A stretch of DNA of 63,923 bases, filler included, from an uncultured Gemmatimonadota bacterium (GTDB taxonomy: Bacteria > GCA-2686955), in assembly GCA_964490075.1 (NCBI GenBank). It is 3 parts of 3 records of this genome, joined end to end, with 100 filler letters (N's around TTAATTAATTAA, not from the genome) between each part and the next. Parts side by side here need not be neighbours in the genome. Positions count along the whole stretch, not along the records: positions 1 to 26,107 come from CAZBBK010000075.1; positions 26,208 to 50,453 come from CAZBBK010000076.1; 1 more part is not named here. One strand, written 5' to 3'. The position numbers and the translations under genes were made by a program. This document shows positions 21,518 to 30,500 of this stretch, piece after piece. Position 1 is the stretch's first letter. The number at the start of each line of letters is the position of its first letter. The notes beneath the pieces were generated by a model that worked only from the letters and a program-made list of their open reading frames with translations, was not told the DNA's origin and searched no databases.

Positions 21518-22322
21518 CTCTCACCAACTTCCTGGAACGGTCCGTCGTCGCCGCGGCACTTCCGACACTGGAAATCACCTCCTGCGCGAGGTCGAGGTAG
21601 CTGCGCGCCCCCTTCGACAAGATGTCGTAGAGGATGACCGGCTTGCCGTGGCTGGGCGCCTCGCTCAGACGCACATTTCTGGGAATCGCCACTCGATAGA
21701 CCTTTTTGTCGAAGTAGTTGCGTGCCTCTTGCTCTACCTGGCGCGAGAGATTCAGCCGCGCGTCGTACATCGTCAAGAGCACCCCTTCGATCACCAGGTC
21801 CGGGTTGAGATGGCGCTGCACCAGTCGGACGGTGTTGAGGAGCTGCCCCAGTCCTTCCAGAGCATAGTACTCGCACTGAATGGGGATCAGGATGGAGTTG
21901 GCGCCGGTCAGAGCGTTCAGCGTGAGCAGACCGAGGGAGGGAGGGCAGTCGATCAGGATGAAGTCATAGCGCTCTCGCAGCGGGTCGAGCGCGCTCTGTA
22001 GCTGGTTCTCTCTGGCGATCGCATTGACCAGCTCGATCTCGGCGCCGATCAGATCGATGTGAGAGGGCGCCAAATCGAGGTAGGGAACCGCGGTGGGAAT
22101 GGCGATCTCCTCGAGCGCGCGTTTGCCGATCAGGACCTCGTAAACCGACGCCGCGCTGTCCTCGAGCTTCGTTCCAAGTCCGCTGCTGGCATTGCTTTGC
22201 GGATCCAAGTCGAGCAATAGGGTGCGCTTTTCGGCTGCCGCCAGACAGGCTGCGAGGTTGACGGCGGTGGTGGTCTTGCCGACGCCGCCTTTCTGGTTCG
22301 AGATCGCGATGACTCTGCCCAT
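21507..22322 (-). CDS. parA: Chromosome partitioning ATPase ParA/Soj
   Basis: NQKGGVGKTT, DLDPQ.N, IDCPPSLG, PRNVRLSEAPSHG. Confidence 0.97.
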   Translation of the reverse strand: MGRVIAISNQKGGVGKTTTAVNLAACLAAAEKRTLLLDLDPQSNASSGLGTKLEDSAASVYEVLIGKRALEEIAIPTAVPYLDLAPSHIDLIGAEIELVNAIARENQLQSALDPLRERYDFILIDCPPSLGLLTLNALTGANSILIPIQCEYYALEGLGQLLNTVRLVQRHLNPDLVIEGVLLTMYDARLNLSRQVEQEARNYFDKKVYRVAIPRNVRLSEAPSHGKPVILYDILSKGARSYLDLAQEVISSVGSAAATTDRSRKLVRDAG

Positions 22323-22339
22323 CAGGGCCCGTGGTCCTT

Positions 22340-22359
22340 TGTGGATAACTTGTTGATAA
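22340..22359 (-). promoter_or_regulatory. Two tandem DnaA boxes upstream of parA
   Basis: TGTGGATAA (22340-22348) is a perfect TTATCCACA on the minus strand. TGTTGATAA (22351-22359) has one mismatch. Confidence 0.7.
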
Positions 22360-22554
22360 CCATGGAATCCGCTGGATTCACTTGAGTTACAAAGAAACGA
22401 CAGGGACGATCATAGTGAGAGCGCGGGGGGGGATGCAAGACCGCTTTGCTCGCGTGTGCCGGATCGTTGGGCCGGGATGCGGCGAAGGCCATGCGCAACG
22501 GCGTTCTGCGGGGGAAGCGACCGGGACCCGCTTGGCAAGGGATGGGTGCATCCA

Positions 22555-22795
22555 CCTGGCGTTTCGACATAGCGAGCCCCTACGCAGGGAGCGGCCGGTA
22601 TGCGACAGAACCTGCCCGTGCCCATGCCCGATTCGGCCAACGCAGTCGGGCAAGGGCATGGGCGCGCGAAGATATGCGATCGAGAGCGCCCCCCCCCCCG
22701 GCCGCGGATGATCCCCGAATGCCCGCAGGCTCCGGCTGGGCCCGCAGTTGTTCACGGAGTGCGTCGCTCGAGAAGCGTAGTATCGAAACGCCAGG
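22555..22795 (+). mobile_element. MITE-like element copy (241 bp) with perfect 13-bp TIRs CCTGGCGTTTCGA/TCGAAACGCCAGG
   Basis: TIRs at 22555-22567 and 22783-22795. Internal CCCGTGCCCATGCCCGA...TCGGGCAAGGGCATGGG hairpin. Homologous to 87-336. Confidence 0.75.
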
Positions 22796-22899
22796 GCTCG
22801 GTCACGAATTGGGTGGCGGATCGTGGACATCCCGGCGCGGTGGAGTGCGGATGGACCGCGAGTGCCGGGGCGTCGGCGTTGTGGACTCGTCGAGGCAGT

Positions 22900-22915
22900 T
22901 GTTCCACGTGGAACA
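22900..22915. promoter_or_regulatory. parS centromere site
   Basis: Perfect palindrome TGTTCCACGTGGAACA matching the parS consensus, ~0.6 kb from parA. Confidence 0.93.
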
Positions 22916-22922
22916 GGGCTGA

Positions 22923-23390
22923 TTACTCCTCCGTGGGCTCGATCACCACCACCTTGCGAAGCCCATCTCCGATCGAAAAGGTCCGGACCTTGCCATCCGC
23001 CTCCGCAACCCGGTGAATCACTCGTCGCTCGGAGGGGAGCAGCCGCTTCGAGCGAACCGGCTCTCCGAAGTCGTAGACCTCGTCCATCAGCTCCTGCGCC
23101 ATCTCCTCGACCCCACGATCCCGCTTCGTACGCCGCCCATTCACGTCCAGGTAGACCTGGCCGTCCTCCCCAGCCACCGCCTGCATCACCCCCAGAATGT
23201 ACTGGAGAGACTCCATCGTCTCGAAGCGCTCCCCGACCAGACGCTCTTCATCATCCTCGACCTCCACGTCGATGCGGACGACCTCCCCATCCCTCTTCTC
23301 CGTGACGCGCCCGTCCACGTCCATCAGCTCGAGAATGAAGTCCAGCACCTCTGCGGGTCCCCGAATGTAGTCGAACTCTTTCACTGTCAT
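22923..23390 (-). CDS. jag: Jag/EloR (KhpB) RNA-binding protein, KH + R3H, lacking Jag-N domain
   Basis: LVG...ET..SLQY, LDVNG.R, ERRVIH (R3H), directly after yidC. GGAG RBS. Confidence 0.85.
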   Translation of the reverse strand: MTVKEFDYIRGPAEVLDFILELMDVDGRVTEKRDGEVVRIDVEVEDDEERLVGERFETMESLQYILGVMQAVAGEDGQVYLDVNGRRTKRDRGVEEMAQELMDEVYDFGEPVRSKRLLPSERRVIHRVAEADGKVRTFSIGDGLRKVVVIEPTEE

Positions 23391-23519
23391 CTCCTGCCAA
23401 GGCTCGCTGGCCTCTCCTCCGTCACTGCGGCGGCGTGCCCGCCCGTTGTCCGACAACAGGCACCTCACGAATGGGCATGTTCGCCAAAACGCTTCCGCCT
23501 CGTGACGGAAGTTGGGCTC

Positions 23520-25163
23520 CTAGAGGGTCGCACCCTCTACGCTTCGTCGGTTGATCAGAATCTGCTGGATGATGGACGCAACGTTGCTCACCGTCCAGTA
23601 CAAGACCAGCCCGCTGGGCATATTCAGGAACAGAGCCGTGAAGATCACCGGCATCATGTAGCCCAGCATCTTCTGGCGCGGATCGGTCACCATCTGCGCC
23701 ATCACCTTCTGCTGCAAGAGCATGCTCACCCCCATTACCAGCGGCAGAATCCAGTACGGATCGGGCGCAGAGAGGTCGGGGATGTACCCCAGAAAGGGCT
23801 CGCCGCGGAAGGCGATCGTGCTTCTGAACACGATGAAGAGGGCGTAGAGCACCGGCATCTGCACGATCATCGGCAAACACCCCCCCAGCGGGTTCACACC
23901 GTGCTCCCGGTAGAGCTTCATCATCTCCTGCTGCTGCTTTTGGGGATTGCTCTTGTGCTTCTCCTGCAGCTGCTTGATCTTCGGCGACAGAGCGCGCATC
24001 TTCGCCGACGACTCGAAGGACTTGTGGGTCAAGGGCCAGAAGATCGCCTTGACCAGCAATGAGACGACGATGATCACCAAGCCGTAAGAGGGAATCACCT
24101 TCCTGATGTGGACCATCACTTCGAAGATCACCCTGCTGATCGGTCTCAGGAAGCTGCCGCCGAAGTCGACGGCTCGATCCACATCGCGGCCGAGTGTCTT
24201 CAGCTCGTCGTAGTCCAGCGGCCCGATGTACATGGTGTGGCGCTCGGAGAAAGCGCGTCTGCCGACCCGCCCGCGCCGCAGCACGACCTCGAATCCTTCC
24301 GGCGCCGCTCGGTCTCCCACCCCCGCTACCTCTGCCGACAGATCGGCCCTTTCCGCCGGGATCATCGCCACCAGGAAGTAGCGGGTTCTCGCTCCCGCCC
24401 AATCGACACGCCCGCTGCTCCCCCAACGGTCCCCCCGGTCCACGTCCTTGAGCTTGAGGTCCTCCAGCTTCGCGTCCTCCATGACCAGACCCTTGAAGTA
24501 CTCCTGGTCCATCTTCGCGTGGGTCTCGGTCAGCCTCAGCGGGACTCCCCATTTGCAGTAGTACGCCCCGACCCGCTCCGGCCCCTCGTAGTCGATGCTG
24601 CTCTCGAAGCTGTGTCGATCCCCCCAGAAGAGGTAGCGCCGGCTCACCACGGTACCGTCCGCCAGCTCCGCCCTGAACACCACCTGCGTCGAATCGGCCC
24701 CGAAGAGCTCTACCCGCGGCGAAGCTTCACATTCGAAAACGACCTCCGCCAGATCGACGATCCCGCCGACTCGATCGACCAGGTAGGTAGCCCCGGCTCC
24801 GCCGCTCGTCCGCGCGTTGACGATCTCGATCGCCAGTCCCTCGGAGCTGTGCCCTGGGCCGTACACGTGATCCAGAACCGTCGCCCCGACCACGCTCGCC
24901 CCGCGCGTGTCGAGCACCACCTCCAGCACATCACCCCGCACCACCAGCTCTCGGCTCCGCGCCTGCGGCGCGACCCGATCCATCGCATCCGCGCTATCGA
25001 CCACCTCCGCCGGCCGGCTGGGCATCTCGAAGCGCTCCTCCACCGGCACCCCTGGTTGATCGATCGCCTGCTCCCGCGGAGCCTCCTGCTCGATCGCAAT
25101 CCAGAAAATGTAGAAAAGCGCTACCGCGAAGAAGAGCGTCCACGCCGACCTGGTCTCGTTCAT
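23520..25163 (-). CDS. yidC: Membrane protein insertase YidC
   Basis: Periplasmic domain, LY..HGVNPLGGCLP..VQMP, DLSAPDPY, PSGLVLYW. Confidence 0.96.
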   Translation of the reverse strand: MNETRSAWTLFFAVALFYIFWIAIEQEAPREQAIDQPGVPVEERFEMPSRPAEVVDSADAMDRVAPQARSRELVVRGDVLEVVLDTRGASVVGATVLDHVYGPGHSSEGLAIEIVNARTSGGAGATYLVDRVGGIVDLAEVVFECEASPRVELFGADSTQVVFRAELADGTVVSRRYLFWGDRHSFESSIDYEGPERVGAYYCKWGVPLRLTETHAKMDQEYFKGLVMEDAKLEDLKLKDVDRGDRWGSSGRVDWAGARTRYFLVAMIPAERADLSAEVAGVGDRAAPEGFEVVLRRGRVGRRAFSERHTMYIGPLDYDELKTLGRDVDRAVDFGGSFLRPISRVIFEVMVHIRKVIPSYGLVIIVVSLLVKAIFWPLTHKSFESSAKMRALSPKIKQLQEKHKSNPQKQQQEMMKLYREHGVNPLGGCLPMIVQMPVLYALFIVFRSTIAFRGEPFLGYIPDLSAPDPYWILPLVMGVSMLLQQKVMAQMVTDPRQKMLGYMMPVIFTALFLNMPSGLVLYWTVSNVASIIQQILINRRSVEGATL

Positions 25164-25408
25164 CTGCTATCGCTTCTCTCGCTCGCTCCAGCTCCGAGCT
25201 GGGGAAAGGGATCCCATCCGCTTCCCCCCCAGGGATGACAGCGCCCCAACCTCCGAATCACCAGCCACAGAGCTCTCGGCAAGCGCTCCTCCCGCAGTGC
25301 ATCGAGCGCATACTGCGAACAGGTCGGCTCGAACCGGCAGTGTCTGGGCAGCAGCGGGCTCACTGCCCATCGATAGGCTTCCACCAGCAGGCACAGCGCT
25401 CGCCTCAT
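25160..25408 (-). CDS. yidD: Membrane protein insertion efficiency factor YidD
   Basis: Y...SPLL..CRFEPTCSQY...RCHPW..SG.DP. Confidence 0.93.
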   Translation of the reverse strand: MRRALCLLVEAYRWAVSPLLPRHCRFEPTCSQYALDALREERLPRALWLVIRRLGRCHPWGGSGWDPFPQLGAGASERSDSR

Positions 25409-25758
25409 CCGTCCAGCCTCTCGCCCAACCGACGCAGCGCCGCTCTGCTCAGCGCCCAAAGCCCTCGCCCTTCGACCGCTCCACGCTCGGTCGAGATCCG
25501 CATCACCACGTCGACCTCTTCCGCCGGCAGGTCGCCCTCGACCACCGCCGCCCGAAACGACTCCCGCAGCATTCTGCGTACGCGGTTCCTCTGCACGGCC
25601 GAGCACCGCCCGCGGGCCACCACCAGCCCTATTCTGCTCGCTCCCCGCCCGCGCTCCCACTGCACCGATAGAGCCCCGACTCGGACCCTTCGCCCGGACC
25701 GTACGATCCGCTGAAACTCCGACGATCGTCCGATCCGTGTATCAGCACCGAAGCGCAC
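25405..25758 (-). CDS. rnpA: RNase P protein component
   Basis: RIGLVV.R...AVQRNRVRR.LRE, located between rpmH and yidD. Confidence 0.9.
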   Translation of the reverse strand: MRFGADTRIGRSSEFQRIVRSGRRVRVGALSVQWERGRGASRIGLVVARGRCSAVQRNRVRRMLRESFRAAVVEGDLPAEEVDVVMRISTERGAVEGRGLWALSRAALRRLGERLDG

Positions 25759-25781
25759 ATCTCACCCGCTGGCCTGCCGCT

Positions 25782-25916
25782 TCACGCCGAAAGGCGCTTG
25801 CGCCCCTTGCGGCGCCTCGACGCCAGAACACGCCGCCCCGCCGCGCTCGACGCCCGCTGGCGGAACCCGTGCTTGTTCTTCCGCTTTCTGTTGCTGGGTT
25901 GAAAGGTGCGCTTCAT
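25782..25916 (-). CDS. rpmH: 50S ribosomal protein L34
   Basis: [21 protein letters not shown]...[13 protein letters not shown]. Confidence 0.97.
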   Translation of the reverse strand: MKRTFQPSNRKRKNKHGFRQRASSAAGRRVLASRRRKGRKRLSA

Positions 25917-26107
25917 CGTAATCCTCTCGCGCTGTGCTGCGTTCTCATGATGGGGTCGCGCCCCTTTTGGCAAACGCGTATTTTGCTCCTCCCTCGACCC
26001 GCCTGTCAACCCGCGGTCCTGTCTTCTGGCCTTTCGACATCGAGCCCCCGTTTCCAGGTCCCATTCCGCGCCCCGCCGCTCCCCGCTCCTCCCCGCCCCC
26101 CGCGCCC

Positions 26108-26207
26108 NNNNNNNNNNNNNNNNNNNNNNNNNNNNNNNNNNNNNNNNNNNNTTAATTAATTAANNNNNNNNNNNNNNNNNNNNNNNNNNNNNNNNNNNNN
26201 NNNNNNN
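26108..26207. other. Artificial contig join (N-run with TTAATTAATTAA linker)
   Basis: 100 nt of Ns with a stop-in-all-frames linker at 26152-26163. Confidence 0.98.
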
Positions 26208-26415
26208 CTATCCGGCGCGCCGCTCGCTCCACAGCGTCGAGCGCGGAGAGCACGGCCGCCAGGAGCGAGCGCGCCTCGCGATCGAACTCGATCCGTCCCA
26301 CGCCCTCGCTGACCCGGACCGTGCAGTCGTCGCACCCCTCTTCGAGAATCGCGTTGACCGCGTCATCGGTGAGCGCTGAGGGTGACGCGATCAGGGCAAA
26401 ACCGTGGGCTCGCAT
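26208..26415 (-). CDS. Partial small protein (EGCDD...FDREA family, probable antitoxin/DNA-binding protein)
   Basis: EEGCDD.T......RIEFDREA.SL..A..SA...VE motif. Runs into the gap. Confidence 0.55.
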
Positions 26416-26604
26416 GTTCTTCGCTTCAGCTCCTCTCGCATCGGCAGGCTGAGACCGCTCGCCGGATGCGGATTGCGTGGTTGCCGGCGTTGCACTTTGG
26501 CAACGGTTGTGGTGAGACCTGCTTGCCAGGGTGGGGCGGTGTGCTTGGGCGGCTGCGAAAGGAACTCCCTGTGCTCCTCAGGTGACCGCGATACACGAGG
26601 CAGA

Positions 26605-26724
26605 GACGGTTGAGGCCCCCGCGTACGCGAGGGCCTCAGAGCCTGCGGATCTGAGTCCCGTCCGCGCCGTATCGGCGCGCGGACTGTTGGTGGGAAAGGC
26701 CCGAGGACTCTGATCGGTTACACT
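26605..26724 (-). ncRNA. Candidate tracrRNA of a type II-C locus
   Basis: Minus strand reads AGTGTAACCGATCAGAGTCCTCGGGCCTTTCCCACCAA (anti-repeat-like; its complement ends in TACACT like II-C repeats), then stem-loops, ending in the hairpin TGAGGCCC-TCGCGTACGCGG-GGGCCTCA. Adjacent to cas1. Confidence 0.4.
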
Positions 26725-26804
26725 TTGCATGCAGCATATGCGCTGGTCGCCGGCGGCACAGGGGATTCGGATTGCTCGACACCACCGCGGCGGGCCGCCG
26801 CGGC

Positions 26805-27902
26805 GATCCAGGTCTCGCATCGGCCGATTCGTGGCATCCGGGGTCCCTTCCACGAGGAGACCTTCTTTGGAGCGGTGGAGGTCGGGCGGGTGCCGCTCGA
26901 GGACCTGGGTGTCCTCGTGCTCGACAGCGAGCGTCTGACCCTGACCAGCGGCGCGTTGGTCGGCGCGGCGCGGCACGGGGCGGTGGTGCTGGTGGGGGGC
27001 GCGATCATCTGCCGGCGGGTCTCTTCCTGCCGCAGCAGGCAAACACCACCCTGGCGGAACGTCTGCGCGCCCAGGTGAACGCATCGAAGCCGCTCTGCAA
27101 GCGTCTGTGGCAGAGGATCGTGCAAGCCAAGATCCGAAACCAGGCCGCACTGCTGGCTGACGAGCGTACGCGAAATCGTCTGCTCGAGCTCGCCCGCGCC
27201 GTGCGCTCGGACGACGCCGGCAACCGCGAAGCGCAGGCGGCGCGCATCTACTGGGCGAAGCTCTTTGGTGGTCTGCCGGAGGGGGTGATCGATACCCCCT
27301 TCCGCCGACGTCGTGAGGGCGCCGCGCCGAACCCCTTCTTGGACTACGGCTACGCCGTGCTGCGCGCGGCGGTGGCCCGTTCGCTATGCGCCGCCGGGCT
27401 CAACCCCAGCCTTGGGATTCACCACCACAACCGCTACGACAATTTCTGTCTCGCCGACGACCTGATCGAGCCCTTCCGGCCCTGGATCGATCGCTGCGCG
27501 CGGACTTTGCTCGAGGCTGGCACGACCGAGATCGACCGTGACGCCAAGGCCGAACTGCTCGGTGTGCTGACGGCCGACGTGACCACGAACGCCGGCACCG
27601 GCCCGCTGACGGTGGCTGTGGAAAGGACCGCGTCCTCGTTGGCTCAGTGCTTTCTCGATGCGGCCGAGGGCGGCGCGGCGGTTGATGTAGCCCGGCGCAT
27701 TTTGCTACCGGACATGCCCTCGGGCGAGACGGAAGATGCGAATTGGCGGGTACCGCGCGATGTGGCTCCTGGTGATGTTCGATCCGCCGGTCAAGACGCC
27801 GAAGCAGCGCAAGCTGGCGACTGGCTTCCGCAAGAGTCTGCTCGAGGACGGCTTTGCCATGATGCGGTTCTCGATCTACTCGCGGCCGTGCCCGAGCGAT
27901 GA
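26805..27902 (+). pseudogene. cas1: Type II-C CRISPR Cas1, frameshifted
   Basis: GRVPLEDLGVLVLD in one frame. RDHLPAG...KRLWQRIVQAKI.NQ, NREAQAARIYW, YGYAVLRA, GIHH, LADDLIEPFRP in another. Shift at the G6 run 26994-26999. No clear start, and the ORF runs 167 nt into cas2. Confidence 0.88.
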
Positions 27903-28137
27903 GAACGCGGCTGTCCACCAAGAGCGCGTGAAGAGATGGCTCCCGCCGGAGGGGAGCGTGCGGATCCTGAAGATCACCGACAAGCAGTTCGAGAGGGCGG
28001 GCGAGTCCCAAAGAGCCAGTGTGAGTTTTCGGGAAAAAATGTTGGCGGCGATAGTGATCCTGCCAATGATTGCGGCGTTCTTCGCCGGGATCATCATCGG
28101 TTTCAGGAACATGCGTGACGGAAACCACGACGATTGA
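27736..28137 (+). CDS. cas2: Type II-C Cas2, native C-terminus replaced by an unrelated hydrophobic tail
   Basis: YRAMWLLVMFD.PV....RK.A..FRK.LL.DGF.M..FSIY.R.C...LPP.G.VR...ITDKQF. Similarity ends at ~27997. Confidence 0.85.
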   Translation: MRIGGYRAMWLLVMFDPPVKTPKQRKLATGFRKSLLEDGFAMMRFSIYSRPCPSDENAAVHQERVKRWLPPEGSVRILKITDKQFERAGESQRASVSFREKMLAAIVILPMIAAFFAGIIIGFRNMRDGNHDD

Positions 28138-28309
28138 TGTGTGGCTGAGAACGCGGCCCGTAGTAGCTCGCGCGTGAGTCCCAACCATGACACCCACCGT
28201 TCGCGATGGCCGATGCGGTGCAAGACCATCGACCTGAGTCAAACAGCCGCGAGGCTCCGATCCGCAGCTTGAATCCGAGGGGTTGTCGGCCCCAGAAGAT
28301 CCGTCTCCT

Positions 28310-28465
28310 CAACCGTATTCGGGGGGAGTCTCTCTCGACAGCAGCTCTTCCCCTGCCCCTGCCCGACTCCGTTGCCCGGATCGGGCGCGGGCATGGGCAT
28401 GGGCAGGGGCAGGTTCTATTCCATACCGGCCGCACTCTGCGTAGAGACCCACCATATCGAGACCT
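28310..28465 (-). repeat. Inverted, degenerate copy of the MITE-like element
   Basis: Reverse complement CTACGCAGAGTGCGGCCGGTATGGAATAGAACCTGCCCCTGCCCATGCCC...GGCAACGGAGTCGGGCAGGGGCAGGGG matches 22578-22665 and 150-205. Confidence 0.7.
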
Positions 28466-28468
28466 CCC

Positions 28469-29443
28469 CTACAACCCCCGCACCACCGGCAGCCCCACCC
28501 CCGGATCGTGACCGACCCGCACCGCGTCGCGGCGGAAGCGAAAGAGCTCCGCCGGACGGCCGCGCGAGCGCGATCGGAAGCGCCCGGTCCCTTCCACCAG
28601 ACCGCCGCGGTCGACCACGCGCCGGAAGTTCTGCTTGTGGATCGCCACTCCGGCCAGCGCCTCGACCACCTGCTGCAGCTCGAAAAGGGTGAAGTGTTCC
28701 GGCAGCAGCTCGAAGACCAGCGGCCGGTAGCGGATCTTGCCGCGCACCCGCCCCAGGGCCGTGGCGCAGATCCGCCGGTGGTCGACCGCCATCGCCCGAC
28801 CGACACCCCGCGGGCTCGACGCCCCTTTCGCGGACCCATCGCGAATCGCCTCTTCCACCAGCTCGGCCTCGTAGAGCAGCTCGTAGCGCTCCAGCACCCG
28901 CTCGCCGTCCCACTGGGCCCCGCCCTCTCCGAAGCTCCGATCGATCCGCTCGCCACGCCGCGCCGATTCGGATCGATCGTCCGGCCTCTCGGCCCAGCGC
29001 CGCAGTCCGGCCCGCACCTCCTCCTCGATCTCCCGGGACCGACCGGGGCGCCGATCCTCCCAGGGCAGAAAGCGATAGAGATCGCTCCAGCGGGTCGTCT
29101 GGTGGGAGGTCGAGCGCTCCAGCTCGGCCCAGACATCCTCACGCACCAATGCCAGGTAGGCCACCGACACCACGCGCGCCCCGCCGTGCCGCTCGGTCGG
29201 CTGCCGGTAGCGGTCGCCGAAGGTGTAGAGCTGCTCCACGTAACCGAGCTCGATTCCGGTGCGCTCCGCCACGCGCCGGCGCAGGGCGATCTCCAGGGTG
29301 CGGTCGAGGCGCAGGTCGACCGCGCCCGAAGGCAGCGCCGGCAGCGCTTCGGTCAGTGTGCAGACCCGCGGAGCCCCTTCGGTGACGGCGATGATCACGG
29401 CATCGACGCGGATTGCGACGGCGGGAGAGGGGTCGGCGCCCAT
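28469..29443 (-). CDS. nrtR: NrtR-family Nudix/wHTH transcriptional regulator
   Basis: GYVEQLYTFGDR.R, VSVAYLAL, DHRRI.ATAL.R.RGKI.YRP.VFEL, FTL.ELQ, HKQNFRR, GRPAEL. Confidence 0.88.
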   Translation of the reverse strand: MGADPSPAVAIRVDAVIIAVTEGAPRVCTLTEALPALPSGAVDLRLDRTLEIALRRRVAERTGIELGYVEQLYTFGDRYRQPTERHGGARVVSVAYLALVREDVWAELERSTSHQTTRWSDLYRFLPWEDRRPGRSREIEEEVRAGLRRWAERPDDRSESARRGERIDRSFGEGGAQWDGERVLERYELLYEAELVEEAIRDGSAKGASSPRGVGRAMAVDHRRICATALGRVRGKIRYRPLVFELLPEHFTLFELQQVVEALAGVAIHKQNFRRVVDRGGLVEGTGRFRSRSRGRPAELFRFRRDAVRVGHDPGVGLPVVRGL

Positions 29444-29528
29444 GGCCGGACCCTACAGCGCGGCGGCCGCCGCGTGCTACCTTCGGCGCGCCCGGACAGG
29501 CTCGGCCGGGCGCAGCGAAAGGGCTTCT

Positions 29529-30500
29529 TTGCGAAGGCATCAGGCACTCGCTCTCCGCCTGGCGGCGGCTCTCCTGCCGGCCGGCGGAGCCGCGGCGAAC
29601 CAGGACGCCGCGGCCGTCGCCGCGATTCGCGCCGAGCTGGCCGCCCGCCCGCCGGCCGCCATCGGTGCCGCTTTCGACGTGCTCGACGCCGACGCCGACG
29701 GGCGCCTCGGCGCGACCGAGCTGCCGCCCTCCTCGATCGCCGCCCTCGATTCCCCGGACGCCGATCGCGAGGTCGACCCCGCCGAGCTGGCGTCGGCGAT
29801 CGCCCGCCACTGGAGCCGGCCTCCGCTCTCGTCGGGTCTCCTGGCCGAGTACTGGATCTGGCGCATGGCCCAGGCGGCCGAAAGCGGCGGTGCCGGTGCC
29901 GCCCTCGCGATCGGTGAGCAGGCGCTGGCCGAGGTCGGGCCCGACTACCGGCTCTGCCAGCACGTCGGCTGGCTGGCCCTCGGCGCGGGGCGGCTGGCGC
30001 TGGCGGAGCACTGCGCCGCCGAGGCCCGCTTCAGCGAGCCCTCGGCGGGCGACGTGTGGTGCCTGGAGGCCGAGATCCGGCTGGCCCGCGGCGATCTCGC
30101 CGGCGCGATCGCTCTGCTCGAGTCGAAGGTCGAGCTGCCCAGCTACCGGCTTTGCGCCCGCCTCACCCTGGCCCGGCTCTACGCCGCCGGCGGGCGCCCG
30201 GGCGATGCCAGACGGATCCTCGACGCCGCGGTGGCGAGCCCGCCCTCCTCGTCGCGCGACGCTTTTCGAGCCCACCAGCAGCTTGCCCGACTCAACCTCG
30301 AGCTGAACGACGTGCAGGCGGCGGGGCTGCACGCGCTGCGCGCGGTGGCGCTGCACCGCGTGGACGGAAGCGGCTGGGCGTTGCTGGCCAGCTTCCTGGA
30401 GAGCGCCGAAGGGGCGCCGGAGGCGGTCGACCGCGCTCGCTCCCTGGCCGTCGAGATCCGCGCGCAACAGGCTCCCGGCCGGCGCGGGGGCGCCCGATGA
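29529..30500 (+). CDS. Secreted EF-hand + TPR-like protein
   Basis: Signal-like N-terminus, DADADGRLGATE and DSPDADREVDPAE EF-hand-like loops, helical repeats. Start uncertain. Confidence 0.55.
   Translation: MRRHQALALRLAAALLPAGGAAANQDAAAVAAIRAELAARPPAAIGAAFDVLDADADGRLGATELPPSSIAALDSPDADREVDPAELASAIARHWSRPPLSSGLLAEYWIWRMAQAAESGGAGAALAIGEQALAEVGPDYRLCQHVGWLALGAGRLALAEHCAAEARFSEPSAGDVWCLEAEIRLARGDLAGAIALLESKVELPSYRLCARLTLARLYAAGGRPGDARRILDAAVASPPSSSRDAFRAHQQLARLNLELNDVQAAGLHALRAVALHRVDGSGWALLASFLESAEGAPEAVDRARSLAVEIRAQQAPGRRGGAR

Noticed and set aside
26152-26163. TTAATTAATTAA palindrome (also at ~50498-50509)
   Set aside because: Assembly concatenation linker inside N-runs.
26800-26835. GGTCTCGCATCGGC as an eroded Cas9 GLDIG start
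   Set aside because: Needs several indels. The same bases read IQVSHRP, which fits a Cas1 N-terminus better.
27998-28310. Possible degenerate CRISPR array after cas2 (GAGTCCCAA twice, TGAGTCAAA)
   Set aside because: Matches are only 8-9 nt, irregularly spaced, and do not match the candidate anti-repeat.
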